DNA of 64,000 nucleotides from a virus. Location of the stretch: the IMG/VR virus record IMGVR_UViG_3300045988_100778, positions 41,345 to 105,344 of that record. One strand, 5' to 3'. Every line of letters starts with the position of its first letter. The first letter of the stretch is position 1. The position numbers were made by a program, and so were the translations under genes. Shown here piece after piece: positions 34,993 to 44,076 of the stretch. Under the pieces are notes generated by a model. That model was given only the letters and a program-made list of their open reading frames with translations, made no database searches and was not told the origin of the DNA.

Positions 34993-35114
34993 TGCACCAG
35001 TGTGACTATTGTTGTTGGTATAACGAAAGATACGGGAATTGCGATTGTCCGTATGCAATGAAAAAGTCGGCTTGTGATAAAGCTAAAAAGGAGAAAGAAA
35101 GGAGTGAGAAATGA
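34992..35114 (+). CDS. Cys-rich mini-protein (40 aa)
   Basis: This hand-translated ORF reads MHQCDYCCWYNERYGNCDCPYAMKKSACDKAKKEKERSEK. It has TAATG and ATGA overlaps on either side. Confidence 0.35.
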   Translation: MHQCDYCCWYNERYGNCDCPYAMKKSACDKAKKEKERSEK

Positions 35115-35302
35115 ACCTATTGGAACATTATGTAACAGAAATAATAGGGAAACCTTATTATCACGATTACGGAAGCGGAAAATATAGGTGGTGGCTGAAA
35201 GTTAAAGCCATTTGTTACGGCACAGAATCGGAAACGACGTTAATGTTTGACAGTGAATCTGATGCGCTGAATGTATGTAAAGGGTATATGTTTTTAGCTT
35301 AA
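35111..35302 (+). CDS. Hypothetical protein (63 aa)
   Basis: The ORF has AAAGGAGTGAG upstream. Confidence 0.5.
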   Translation: MNLLEHYVTEIIGKPYYHDYGSGKYRWWLKVKAICYGTESETTLMFDSESDALNVCKGYMFLA

Positions 35303-35315
35303 AAGAAATTAGGAA

Positions 35316-35756
35316 ATGGAAACAAAACAAGTATTATCAGTTGAACAGATGAAGCACTTGCAGGAGCTTGGATTAGATACGAGCGATGCAAGTATATATT
35401 GGGCAAGAGTGTCGCATGGAAGCCGTATTGACGACAAATCAAAAGGTGTATGGTTTTTGAGTTTACATAAGGAATTTCAGACTTGTGGATTTATGTCATA
35501 TGAAATTCTTCCTACTTATACTTTGCAGGATATTCTGGATAAGTTGCCAGAATCAGTACAGGTATATGATTTGTACATATTTAAGAAAGTGGGGTTGTGG
35601 TGGCTCAAATATGTAGACGTAACGAATAATGGAACCGTTCGTTTAGAAAAAATGCCGAAGTTGATAGATGCAGCCTATTATATGCTGTGTTGGTGCATTC
35701 AAAAGGGGTTTGTTAAAATTAATAAGGAGGTTAAAGATGGAAGAAAAGAAAATTGA
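35316..35756 (+). CDS. Hypothetical protein (146 aa)
   Basis: It is an ORF whose N-terminus (MKHLQELGLDTSD) resembles that of 36410-36805 (AKLLKAAGFKED), so the two may be paralogues. Confidence 0.55.
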   Translation: METKQVLSVEQMKHLQELGLDTSDASIYWARVSHGSRIDDKSKGVWFLSLHKEFQTCGFMSYEILPTYTLQDILDKLPESVQVYDLYIFKKVGLWWLKYVDVTNNGTVRLEKMPKLIDAAYYMLCWCIQKGFVKINKEVKDGRKEN

Positions 35757-35946
35757 TTGGGAACAGAGGCGTTATGAACTGGCAAAGGCTGCAATGCAAG
35801 CTTTGATTTCAAACAGTTTCTTTATGAAAAATTTGGGTATGTATTTGGATGAACATCCAGATAAAAAGATGGATGCAATAGAAGTAGTAGCTATTGAATC
35901 AATTAATTATACTGATGTATTGATAAAGAAACTGAAAGGAGAATAA
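35737..35946 (+). CDS. Hypothetical protein (69 aa)
   Basis: The ATG at 35737 follows TAAGGAGGT. It is preferred over the track start at 35668. Confidence 0.5.
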   Translation: MEEKKIDWEQRRYELAKAAMQALISNSFFMKNLGMYLDEHPDKKMDAIEVVAIESINYTDVLIKKLKGE

Positions 35947-35948
35947 TT

Positions 35949-36413
35949 ATGGAAGCACATGTAATGAAACTCGAAAACAACTGTGTAATTGTTGACGAGG
36001 AATATTTTAATGAGATAAAGAAGCAGTCAGAATTTAACCAAGAAAGGATAAACGAGATTGCCGAGGAAAAGTTTTTGAAATACATCAAAGAAAGCGGTAT
36101 CAAGCTCTCCTATGAAGTAAACGGAATACCCTATATATTCCATTATGATTTGTTGAATGAATTGAATTATGAAGAGAGGGGTTATCCGGAATCCGTGTCA
36201 GAAAGGGTGAAGCATACTATCGCAGACGATATAACCGAGGCTTTGAATGATAAGCTTAAGGGATTGAAAGACGAGGCTTTGAATTATGCCTTAAGTGAGT
36301 TTGACAAACGGAAGTACGGTTTAGAGGCTACTGTAAAAATATGGAAATATTTTGCATTAATCTTTATCATTACGACTATTGTTCTAACAATTAGATTATT
36401 TATACAGCTATGA
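35949..36413 (+). CDS. Hypothetical protein with a C-terminal transmembrane helix
   Basis: The ORF has a C-terminal hydrophobic stretch, WKYFALIFIITTIVLTIRLFI. Confidence 0.5.
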   Translation: MEAHVMKLENNCVIVDEEYFNEIKKQSEFNQERINEIAEEKFLKYIKESGIKLSYEVNGIPYIFHYDLLNELNYEERGYPESVSERVKHTIADDITEALNDKLKGLKDEALNYALSEFDKRKYGLEATVKIWKYFALIFIITTIVLTIRLFIQL

Positions 36414-36805
36414 CCGAAGAACTTGTAACATTAGAGACAGCGAAGCTACTAAAGGCGGCAGGATTTAAAGAAGATGTTAGTAGCTTTTATGAATTGGTGT
36501 ATAAAGGAGGTAGTGGTCCTGAGTATGAGATAGATGAAAGCTACGATGCCCAGAATTATAATACAGACGTTTACTCTATCTCTGCTCCAACTCAATCCAT
36601 TGCCCAAAAGTGGCTGCGTGAAACCAAGAACCTACATATTGAAATATACCGAAGTGCCGTAGGGTATGGCTATGCTATAGTGAAAGCCGATAACGGAACG
36701 TGGCAGGAAGATGATGATTCCAGGGGGACTAATGATGGCGGTCTGTGGGACACCTACGAGGAAGCATTAGAAGCTGGAATTATAAAAGCATTGTCTTTAT
36801 TGTGA
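36410..36805 (+). CDS. Hypothetical protein (131 aa)
   Basis: The ORF has an ATGA overlap. Confidence 0.55.
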   Translation: MTEELVTLETAKLLKAAGFKEDVSSFYELVYKGGSGPEYEIDESYDAQNYNTDVYSISAPTQSIAQKWLRETKNLHIEIYRSAVGYGYAIVKADNGTWQEDDDSRGTNDGGLWDTYEEALEAGIIKALSLL

Positions 36806-36809
36806 AATG

Positions 36810-36918
36810 ATGTTAAACAACCCATATTTTACACATAAGCACTTGCGTATCTCATAACATAACCTTATCTTTGTACTGTGATAAGAAATCAAGGTCAAAC
36901 AAGTAAAAGATAAAAGTC
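36810..36918 (+). promoter_or_regulatory. Conserved promoter/leader cassette, copy 3
   Basis: Reads ..ACACATAAGCAC-TTGC(36843-36846)-N19-TATCTTTG(36866-36873), followed by the leader GTGATAAGAAATCAAGGTCAAACAAGTAAAAGATAAAAGTC and the ATG at 36919. Confidence 0.75.
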
Positions 36919-37146
36919 ATGAACTCAGTATTTAAAGCCAAGAAACAAATGTTAGAAAACATTCTTTCAAAAGTTGCAAGTGTTAATGTAGAAATAACTT
37001 TTGCACGTACTAACATGATAACGATTGCTTGGGACGAAGAAAACAAAAGCGCGTTTGAAAGATTACAAAATTACTTCAAAGGAAAACTGTTTGATTATGA
37101 GTACGATGAAGAATGTGATATGTCTGTTTGTTGTTTGAATCTTTAA
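36919..37146 (+). CDS. Hypothetical protein (75 aa)
   Basis: It is the first ORF after cassette 3. Confidence 0.55.
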   Translation: MNSVFKAKKQMLENILSKVASVNVEITFARTNMITIAWDEENKSAFERLQNYFKGKLFDYEYDEECDMSVCCLNL

Positions 37147-37158
37147 TAAGATAAGGTT

Positions 37159-37323
37159 ATGAAAGAAAGATTTTTAGAAAAATTCATTATGATGGAATTT
37201 GTGAAAGGAAATTTGGATTCACAAGAACAAGTCAATAACATGGTTTCTTTGATACAGAGAAAGTTGGGTGTATCAGTAGAGAACGCAGGAAATTTTTTAA
37301 GAAAATCGATTGGTTTGATTTAA
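37159..37323 (+). CDS. Hypothetical small protein (54 aa)
   Basis: This hand-translated ORF (MKERFLEKFIMMEFVKGNLDSQEQ...) is below the track cutoff. Confidence 0.35.
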   Translation: MKERFLEKFIMMEFVKGNLDSQEQVNNMVSLIQRKLGVSVENAGNFLRKSIGLI

Positions 37324-37351
37324 CAATAACAATTTGTTTTTCTCATATTAA

Positions 37352-37378
37352 GGGGTTACGTTTGTAGCCCCAATTTTT
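37352..37378 (+). terminator. Rho-independent terminator-like hairpin
   Basis: The stem GGGGTTAC/GTAGCCCC has a GTTT loop and is followed by AATTTTT. Confidence 0.55.
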
Positions 37379-37390
37379 AAATTAAAAAAG

Positions 37391-38845
37391 ATGGCGCAAA
37401 AATTGTCTACCGGATTTATGGCAGAATTATTCAAGCTTGTATACATGGATTTGAATATCACTCGAATGGTGGTAAATAATCTGACCTATCAGTTGATACC
37501 CAAAGAGTGGCCCGGTTTCAAATTTTTATTAAAAGAGGCAACAGAAGTATTAAAGGAAAAAGATAAGGTTCCTTCTTTGGGTGTGGTGTCTCAAAAATAC
37601 GCTGACAGTGATTTTGTGATTGAGGCGATAGATGCCGTGCAGTCAGCCGCTAAAGTAGACAAGGAAATTATTATAGACCAGTTGGAAGCGTACATTAAAG
37701 ACGTTGAATTCCAGCTACTTTCCAAAAAAGTACATGATTTGTACGAAGAGGGGAAGAAAGAAGACGCTATACGGGTAAACGCGGAAGAGAGCCAAAGAAT
37801 TCTATCCCTATCATTAAGGCATGAGGCAGGCGGTTTCCAAAAAGTGTTCTCCGATTTTGACAAGCGAATGAAGAGGAGACGGGAAGAAGAAGAGGGGGAA
37901 ATCCCGTCACGTGTAATGTTCGGACTTGATAAGATAGACCAGATTTCGGAAGGTGGTGCTACAATGGAAGATACCGTGTTATGGATAATGCGTTCGGGTG
38001 TCGGCAAGTCTACTGTATTGAGGTATCACGGTATGCAGGCAGCTTTTGACGGGCACCCAGTCTTACATATACAGTTGGAAGGTGGTGCGCGTGCGTGTCT
38101 GGAAAGATACGACCAGTTTTGGACTGGACAAAAATACGGGAATATCAGAAAAGGTGTCATAGATGATAAACTGGCTGAAAAAATAGAAAAGGCCTTTGAA
38201 AATATGAAATCTTATTCCAAGGACATAGATGTTTATTCATTTGAAAAATTCGGGCAGGCTACTATGGTGGATATTCGTAACGTGATAGTTTCCTATTACA
38301 AGAAAAACGGTTATTATCCGCATGTATTGATATTGGATTCGTTAGACCTTGTGGCAACAGGAACAAATAGAGTTGTAGACAATAACCCTACATTCAAAAA
38401 AGAAAAATTACAGACATGTGCACAACTTTTGAAAAATTTATGTGTAGAGTTTAAAATGGTGGGATTTACGGCAGCACAAGCCGGAAATGTGCCGTTGGAA
38501 ATATGGGACAATTCGGACAAAGTGATAGACAGAAGCTATACGGAAGGGGACAGGACACTTGTAAAGCCGTTTTCCTTTGTGTTTACCGGGAACCGGACAA
38601 GAGAGGAAAAGAAACAGAACATAATGCGTATCTATATGGATAAGGTACGCGATTATGATACGGTAAAAGATACCTTCCCTATTGTGACGGATTACGGCAG
38701 GGGACGTTTTTGTGACAAGGCGCTGACAGCCGAATATTACGGAGGTGACAAGGGTTTCACGTCCTCTACTTCTGAAAAGAAGACAAGAAAGAAAAAGGAC
38801 GAAGGCGGTGAAAAGCAAAATGATGTTAAAACAGAGGTGATTTAG
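37391..38845 (+). CDS. DnaB-like replicative DNA helicase
   Basis: It has a RecA-fold C-terminal domain with a Walker A (IMRSGVGKSTVL) and a Walker B (HVLILDSLDL). It is adjacent to the primase gene. Confidence 0.6.
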   Translation: MAQKLSTGFMAELFKLVYMDLNITRMVVNNLTYQLIPKEWPGFKFLLKEATEVLKEKDKVPSLGVVSQKYADSDFVIEAIDAVQSAAKVDKEIIIDQLEAYIKDVEFQLLSKKVHDLYEEGKKEDAIRVNAEESQRILSLSLRHEAGGFQKVFSDFDKRMKRRREEEEGEIPSRVMFGLDKIDQISEGGATMEDTVLWIMRSGVGKSTVLRYHGMQAAFDGHPVLHIQLEGGARACLERYDQFWTGQKYGNIRKGVIDDKLAEKIEKAFENMKSYSKDIDVYSFEKFGQATMVDIRNVIVSYYKKNGYYPHVLILDSLDLVATGTNRVVDNNPTFKKEKLQTCAQLLKNLCVEFKMVGFTAAQAGNVPLEIWDNSDKVIDRSYTEGDRTLVKPFSFVFTGNRTREEKKQNIMRIYMDKVRDYDTVKDTFPIVTDYGRGRFCDKALTAEYYGGDKGFTSSTSEKKTRKKKDEGGEKQNDVKTEVI

Positions 38846-38886
38846 ACATAAGCACTTGCGTATGTCATAACATAATCTTATCTTTG
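38823..38886 (+). promoter_or_regulatory. Conserved promoter, copy 4 (upstream half overlaps the helicase 3' end)
   Basis: Reads ATGTTAAAAC...GACATAAGCAC-TTGC(38856-38859)-N19-TATCTTTG(38879-38886). The leader differs from that of copies 1, 3 and 5. Confidence 0.7.
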
Positions 38887-38979
38887 TAGTGTCTTCTTAA
38901 GGGAGGCAAGAAAAGAAGGTGAAAGACTGTAAAGAACATCTTTTTTGGGATATATTGTTTATGAATTAGTTTAGAGGAT

Positions 38980-39312
38980 ATGAAAAGATATAAAGTTGGA
39001 GAAGTATTTGAATACGAAGGCATGATATTGAAAGCGATAGAAGATGATTTGAAACAAGAAGAAAGTGGATGTAAATATTGTGCTTTAAACAAATTTGTGT
39101 GCAGCCATATAGATTGTGGTACAAGAATGAATCCAAGTATTCGTTTTATTGAAGTTTCAAAAGAAAAACTTTTTGCGGATGCACTGCCAATAATCCAAGG
39201 TGCGCCTATGCCACCGCTTGAAGATAATACGAATTTTCTTGATGATTTGGATTTGAAGCCGAAAAAGAAAAGCTTTTGGAAACGGTTAATGTTTTGGAGG
39301 AAAGATGTTTAG
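38980..39312 (+). CDS. Hypothetical protein (110 aa)
   Basis: The ORF lies downstream of promoter copy 4. Confidence 0.5.
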   Translation: MKRYKVGEVFEYEGMILKAIEDDLKQEESGCKYCALNKFVCSHIDCGTRMNPSIRFIEVSKEKLFADALPIIQGAPMPPLEDNTNFLDDLDLKPKKKSFWKRLMFWRKDV

Positions 39313-40306
39313 GGTTGACAAAAACGAGGTAATATCCGAATTGAATTTGTCCTTGTTCGGAGCAAAAGGTTTCATGCAGGATAGGAACAAGGAATGCCCT
39401 TTTTGTAATAAAAAAGGGAAATGGGGGATAAAATTCAACGATGCCGGGAATAATGGTGCATTCCATTGTTTCAAATGTGGCATGAAAACCACCTTAAAAA
39501 AGTTCTTGGAAAAGATAGGAAGGAAGGACCTTATAAAGCAGGATTACGAAAACACCGTAAAAATGCAGAAATTAATACCTCTAATAGATGATGAAGAAGA
39601 GAAAACAACAGAGGAAATTAAGGAATGCACCCTTCCTAAAAAACTGGAATATATAGAAAAGGACGAATATTTGGATAAGAGGGGCTTTGTAAAAAGATAT
39701 TATGAAGAATTCCGTCCGGCAGAAACAAAATTCTTTCTCGAAAGAAAGCTGCATGATAAGTTCATATTCCAGTTTACCATGAACGGCAAATTAGTCGCAT
39801 GGCTGGCACGTTCAAAGAAAAGTAAGGATTGGCACGAAGAAAACCTTCAAAGGTTTAAGGAGGGTAAAGAAAAGCTTGTATTGAGGTATGAAAATTCACG
39901 TGACGGATTTTCCCATGTGATAGGAGGGTATGACAATATAACGGACGAGACGGACACGGTTATAATCGTGGAAGGGATGTTTGACTATATATCGGTTGAC
40001 ACGAAATTGCATCTTTATGAATCACCGGATATAAAGTGCGTGTTTACGTTCGGAAACAACATGGGGTTAAGCCAGATAAGGCTATTGAGGGACAAACCAG
40101 GCATAAGGAACGTGATTTTGATGTACGACCCCGACAAGCCGGAAATGATTAAGACAGTATCAATGACCTTACAAAGATATTTCAATGTACAGATTGCCGA
40201 ACTGGAAGACAAGAAGAAAGACCCTGGGGATGCGACACAAGAAGAACTCCTATGGGCGCTTGACAATATGACAGAACCGATTAATTATTATACAAGACAT
40301 TTATAG
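39305..40306 (+). CDS. DnaG-like DNA primase (zinc finger + TOPRIM)
   Basis: It has a zinc-binding CPFCNKKGKWG...FHCFKCG motif and TOPRIM-like IIVEGMFDYISV and LMYDPDKPE motifs. Confidence 0.7.
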   Translation: MFRVDKNEVISELNLSLFGAKGFMQDRNKECPFCNKKGKWGIKFNDAGNNGAFHCFKCGMKTTLKKFLEKIGRKDLIKQDYENTVKMQKLIPLIDDEEEKTTEEIKECTLPKKLEYIEKDEYLDKRGFVKRYYEEFRPAETKFFLERKLHDKFIFQFTMNGKLVAWLARSKKSKDWHEENLQRFKEGKEKLVLRYENSRDGFSHVIGGYDNITDETDTVIIVEGMFDYISVDTKLHLYESPDIKCVFTFGNNMGLSQIRLLRDKPGIRNVILMYDPDKPEMIKTVSMTLQRYFNVQIAELEDKKKDPGDATQEELLWALDNMTEPINYYTRHL

Positions 40307-40364
40307 TGTTGATTTTTTGCCATTTATCCTAATTTTTGTTAGATTTGAAGTCAAAAATAAGGAC

Positions 40365-40856
40365 ATGGAAAAATCACGGAAAATCAGTCTGGAGCAGTTT
40401 GTAATTAACTTGCAATTGGAGTATTTGAGTTGTAGATTACGCTCGATAGTTTACAACCGTATAGAAAGTGTCGAGCTTGTGAAGATATATAAGGACATAG
40501 CGGAGAAGAAGAAAGCAAAGATTCTGAACTTGAAACAAAGGTTCCGTCTTGGTACGATGTTTGACAGTGACAAGGCGTTTTCAGATTTTTATTTGAAAGA
40601 GTTTTTGCAGGAATACGGATTGCCGAACTTGCAATATTCGGAGAAAACGAAAAAGTCGGTTATGTTCTGGGACAGGTTCCACCTATTGAAACCGGGTACC
40701 ATAGTGATATACAAGGGGAAGGAATATAAGGTGAAGATAAACCATCCGAATGACGATAATGTGGTGATATGGATTAATGACGTGCCGGAACAGATACCTT
40801 ATACCTATTTCAAAATGAGATGGTTAGAAAAAATTGATATGAAAGATTTGAAATAA
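40365..40856 (+). CDS. Hypothetical protein (163 aa)
   Basis: The ATG at 40365 is preferred over the non-ATG track start at 40317. Confidence 0.5.
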   Translation: MEKSRKISLEQFVINLQLEYLSCRLRSIVYNRIESVELVKIYKDIAEKKKAKILNLKQRFRLGTMFDSDKAFSDFYLKEFLQEYGLPNLQYSEKTKKSVMFWDRFHLLKPGTIVIYKGKEYKVKINHPNDDNVVIWINDVPEQIPYTYFKMRWLEKIDMKDLK

Positions 40857-40867
40857 TAGAGATAATA

Positions 40868-40900
40868 TTTGTTTATCTCAAAATTAAATTGTTATATTTG
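40868..40900 (+). promoter_or_regulatory. Bacteroidota-type promoter candidate (not part of the repeat family)
   Basis: Reads TTTG(40868-40871)-N21-TATATTTG(40893-40900), 24 nt upstream of the ATG at 40925. Confidence 0.45.
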
Positions 40901-40924
40901 CAGTACAATTAAAAAACAAAAGAT

Positions 40925-41452
40925 ATGACGTATTTTGAGTATGAAGAAAAGGCGGCTACCACAGCTTGCTATAACGAAAAAGTGGCTTTGTCCTATGTAA
41001 CACTTGGTTTGTGTTCAGAGATGGGAGAAACCTATGAGAAAATCAATAACGAGGCAGAAACGGAAGAAATCTCTAAAGAAATTGGAGATATGTTTTGGTA
41101 TCTCGCTATGATTCGCAAAGAGTGTAATCTTGATATTGAAGGTTGGGATTGGAAAGAAGCTTTGGCAAATGCAGAAGGTGCAGGCGTGTTTGATTTGCCC
41201 GTGGAAGTCGGAAAGATTGCGGACCAGGTTAAAAAGTGGTTGCGTGATGATTGGAAAGACGCGGAAAACAATGTATTCCCGGAAGCACGGAAGAAAGCCG
41301 TTTTGGAAGCCTGGAAGAATGCTTGGAAGGTAATAAACAGCATGATTAACCGCGTAGGGCTTGATACGGAAAAGATTGCCGAGCAGAATATAGAAAAACT
41401 GTTTTCGCGTAAACAACGCGACAAAATTCACGGAGCAGGAGACAACAGATGA
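40925..41452 (+). CDS. MazG-like nucleoside triphosphate pyrophosphohydrolase
   Basis: It shows the all-alpha MazG pattern: EMGETYEKI ... EISKEIGDMFWYLAMI. Confidence 0.7.
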   Translation: MTYFEYEEKAATTACYNEKVALSYVTLGLCSEMGETYEKINNEAETEEISKEIGDMFWYLAMIRKECNLDIEGWDWKEALANAEGAGVFDLPVEVGKIADQVKKWLRDDWKDAENNVFPEARKKAVLEAWKNAWKVINSMINRVGLDTEKIAEQNIEKLFSRKQRDKIHGAGDNR

Positions 41453-42033
41453 GGAACTATGACAAAATATTAATGACCGGGGCGCAGGGCACGGGGAAGA
41501 CAACCCTATTGAAAGCCTTGCAGAACGAACCGGAATTTGACAACTGGAAGTTTTACACGAATGTTGTCAGAACGATGGTTGAAGAAGAAGGGATAACCAT
41601 TAATGAAGAAGGCACGTCCGAATCACAAAAGAAAATATTCGATAAATACACTCAAATAATGGAAGATGCCATGAAACAGCCTTCCATTAGCGACAGATGT
41701 ATTATTGATGTGAATGCCTACACTTCATGGCTTTTTGATAATTGCAGCCCAAAAGACCCGGAATATAATAACCTGGCAGAAGAAGACTTTAAGGAGAAAC
41801 GACAGATTGTAAAGCGAAAATATGAATTCCCTTTACTTGTCTATCTTCCTATCACATTCAGATTGCAAGGTGATGAGGTCCGTTCGGAAGATGAAGAATA
41901 CCAGAAAGAAATAGACCGGAAAATAAAGCAGATTGTCGATAATTACGGAATACCCTACATTTCTGTTTCCGGTTCAACGGAAGAACGAGTACAGCAGATT
42001 AAAGATGCCGTATTCGGGAAAAAGGAGGACTGA
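41449..42033 (+). CDS. P-loop NTPase/kinase (AAA_28/NadR-kinase-like)
   Basis: The N-terminal Walker A is ILMTGAQGTGKTTLLKAL. The size is about 190 aa. Confidence 0.5.
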   Translation: MRNYDKILMTGAQGTGKTTLLKALQNEPEFDNWKFYTNVVRTMVEEEGITINEEGTSESQKKIFDKYTQIMEDAMKQPSISDRCIIDVNAYTSWLFDNCSPKDPEYNNLAEEDFKEKRQIVKRKYEFPLLVYLPITFRLQGDEVRSEDEEYQKEIDRKIKQIVDNYGIPYISVSGSTEERVQQIKDAVFGKKED

Positions 42034-42036
42034 TGT

Positions 42037-42396
42037 ATGGAAGTTTCTTTGTTGACTTTGAGAAATGTAGGTCGGAAACTTGGAATGCAGAATGTTTCCG
42101 GATTCAGAAAGGAAGACCTTTTGCAACAAGTTGTTGAAAGACTGGAAGCAAAAGGAAAGACGCTTGAAGAATATGCAAAGGAGGTATCTGTAAACACCCA
42201 AAAAGGGTATGTAAAGAAAAAGTTCAATCTTTCACCTAAAGGAGAAAACCCGTACAAGAAAGGAAGCATATCTTATAAGGTATGGGAAGAACTCGCAAAG
42301 AATGACGGACGTTCATTCAGCCGGATTGCAAAAGAGCTGGGAACGCATTACAACGTTGTTTCCGTTTGCTGTAGGAACCATTTTGACAAATCATAA
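42037..42396 (+). CDS. Small DNA-binding-like protein (HeH/Rho_N-like N-terminus, HTH-like C-terminus)
   Basis: LTLRNVGRKLGMQNVSGFRKEDLLQQVVERLE resembles HeH/Rho-N motifs. SFSRIAKELGTHYNVVS is HTH-like. Confidence 0.35.
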   Translation: MEVSLLTLRNVGRKLGMQNVSGFRKEDLLQQVVERLEAKGKTLEEYAKEVSVNTQKGYVKKKFNLSPKGENPYKKGSISYKVWEELAKNDGRSFSRIAKELGTHYNVVSVCCRNHFDKS

Positions 42397-42429
42397 ACTT
42401 GCCGTTTTTATTTAGATTTGATTTTTCAC

Positions 42430-42463
42430 GGGGAGTGTAAGTAAATACGCTTCACTCCCCTTT
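42430..42463 (+). terminator. Terminator-like hairpin
   Basis: The stem GGGGAGTG(42430-42437)/CACTCCCC(42453-42460) is followed by only TTT, a weak U-tract. Confidence 0.4.
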
Positions 42464-42476
42464 ACACCCTAAAAAT

Positions 42477-44072
42477 ATGAATGAACTGTATAAAGATTTA
42501 ATCAAATATTTGGAGGATAACTTTCTGTCTTTCAATGCTTTGGATAATTATATTATAGAGATTGACGGGCAAACATTCGAGTTGTTTGAACCTTTCCAAT
42601 GGGACAAAGAGGATAACGGAATTTTCTTTGACGATTCGTTCCAGTGGGTAGGAGACAGAACGGAATGCGACAACTATGTCTTCCGGTTCGGTGATGTATG
42701 GTATTATCTTAAAAAGGGAGACGAGAATAAAGTAAAACTTAACCGATTGCAGTATATCGGAAAGGCAAATTTGTTTGACGAAAGCTTGAGATTTGACACC
42801 TATATAGGTGTGCACGGCAATTTTGAATTGATGAACGGAATGCACTCTTATTCCGATTGGGTAGAAAAAGCGAAATTTTTAGGAATAAAAGCGCTTGGTA
42901 TATGCGAAAAGAATACGCTTGCATCAGCGTTCAAGTTTCAGAATGAGTGTCTAAAAAGTGATATAAGACCTATATTCGGTATGGAAGTTACTGTATATAA
43001 CGAGCAGAAGGACGTGCGATATACAGTAAAGCTGATAGTCAAGGACAAGGAGGGATGGAATAACCTACTGAAAATAAATAAGATTCTGAATGTCGATGAA
43101 AAAGGCTTTATCACGGAAAAGGAATTGCAAGAAATGAAAGACGGGTGTTTCTTGTTGTTTGACCCGAAAACATGTATGTTTGAAAATCTCCCCATATTGT
43201 CAAGAAAATGGAACGATACCTATTACCAGCTTGATACTGTGGAATACAAGAAGAATGACCGGGATAAAAAATATCTTGACAATCTGAAAAAATTCGTGGG
43301 TGTATATAAACCCGTGGCGGTATGTGACGCCTGGTATCTTGAAAGGCGGTATGCTCCTATAAGGGAAAAGCTTAACAGGCTGGCAAAGGTTGCGAATTAT
43401 GAGAGTGACAACCAGTATATGAAGAATTACCAGGAATATTACGAAGAATTGTCAAAACTGATATTGAATGAAGACAAGTTTTTCGGACTGTTTGAAGAAG
43501 CTTTGGTAAATCTTAATTACATATCGGTAAACTGTAATTATTTGCTGGAAACACAGGTAAGACACGCACCTAAATATGTAATGACGGAAGAGGAGAAAAA
43601 GAAATATGCTTCCAATACAGAAATGTTTGAATCGCTTGTCTTTGACGGACTGGCAGAACATCCAGAAATACTGGACAGATACAGCGAAGAGGAACTGACA
43701 GAAAGACTTAACACGGAAATATCCATCATAGAGGAAGGCGACGTAGTGGACTATTTTTTGATGTTGAGGGATATTATTAGATGGGGAAGAGACAATAACA
43801 TTTTGGTCGGATTGGGCCGCGGAAGCAGCGCTGGAAGCCTCGTTTCTTATCTCCTTGGTATTGTCAATGTAAACCCGTTGGAATATGAACTCCTATTCAG
43901 TCGATTTTTGACAAAGGGTCGTTTAATTCGGCATGAAGAGGAAGAGATAATAACGATAAATGGAGAAAAGGAAATATCCGGGAATACCTTTATAAAGATT
44001 GTCCGGAATGACGAGGAAATGATAATTAGAGCCAAAGAGTTAAAAGAAGGTGACGAACTGATAAACGAGTAA
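42477..44072 (+). CDS. dnaE: DNA polymerase III alpha subunit (DnaE-type), N-terminal part (PHP domain to just before the catalytic Asp motif)
   Basis: It has a PHP-like GVHGNFELMNGMHSY...ALGICEKNTL and ...GLGRGSSAGSLVSYLLGIVNVNPLEYELLFSRFLTKGR, which aligns by eye with E. coli GRGSGAGSLVAY...FERFLNPER. A 49-aa non-homologous tail and a TAA follow. Confidence 0.85.
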   Translation: MNELYKDLIKYLEDNFLSFNALDNYIIEIDGQTFELFEPFQWDKEDNGIFFDDSFQWVGDRTECDNYVFRFGDVWYYLKKGDENKVKLNRLQYIGKANLFDESLRFDTYIGVHGNFELMNGMHSYSDWVEKAKFLGIKALGICEKNTLASAFKFQNECLKSDIRPIFGMEVTVYNEQKDVRYTVKLIVKDKEGWNNLLKINKILNVDEKGFITEKELQEMKDGCFLLFDPKTCMFENLPILSRKWNDTYYQLDTVEYKKNDRDKKYLDNLKKFVGVYKPVAVCDAWYLERRYAPIREKLNRLAKVANYESDNQYMKNYQEYYEELSKLILNEDKFFGLFEEALVNLNYISVNCNYLLETQVRHAPKYVMTEEEKKKYASNTEMFESLVFDGLAEHPEILDRYSEEELTERLNTEISIIEEGDVVDYFLMLRDIIRWGRDNNILVGLGRGSSAGSLVSYLLGIVNVNPLEYELLFSRFLTKGRLIRHEEEEIITINGEKEISGNTFIKIVRNDEEMIIRAKELKEGDELINE

Positions 44073-44076
44073 TGGT

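Noticed and set aside
35316-36805. A possible paralogue pair (35316-35756 and 36410-36805) as a repeat or duplication of interest
   Set aside because: The similarity is limited to a short N-terminal LK..G(L/F) pattern that I can see by eye. That is insufficient to claim homology without an alignment.
41015-41503. Minus-strand ORFs of 162 aa and 130 aa, and a +2-frame 67-aa ORF, overlapping the MazG-like gene
   Set aside because: The + strand MazG ORF has clear family motifs. The overlapping ORFs have none and look like shadow frames.
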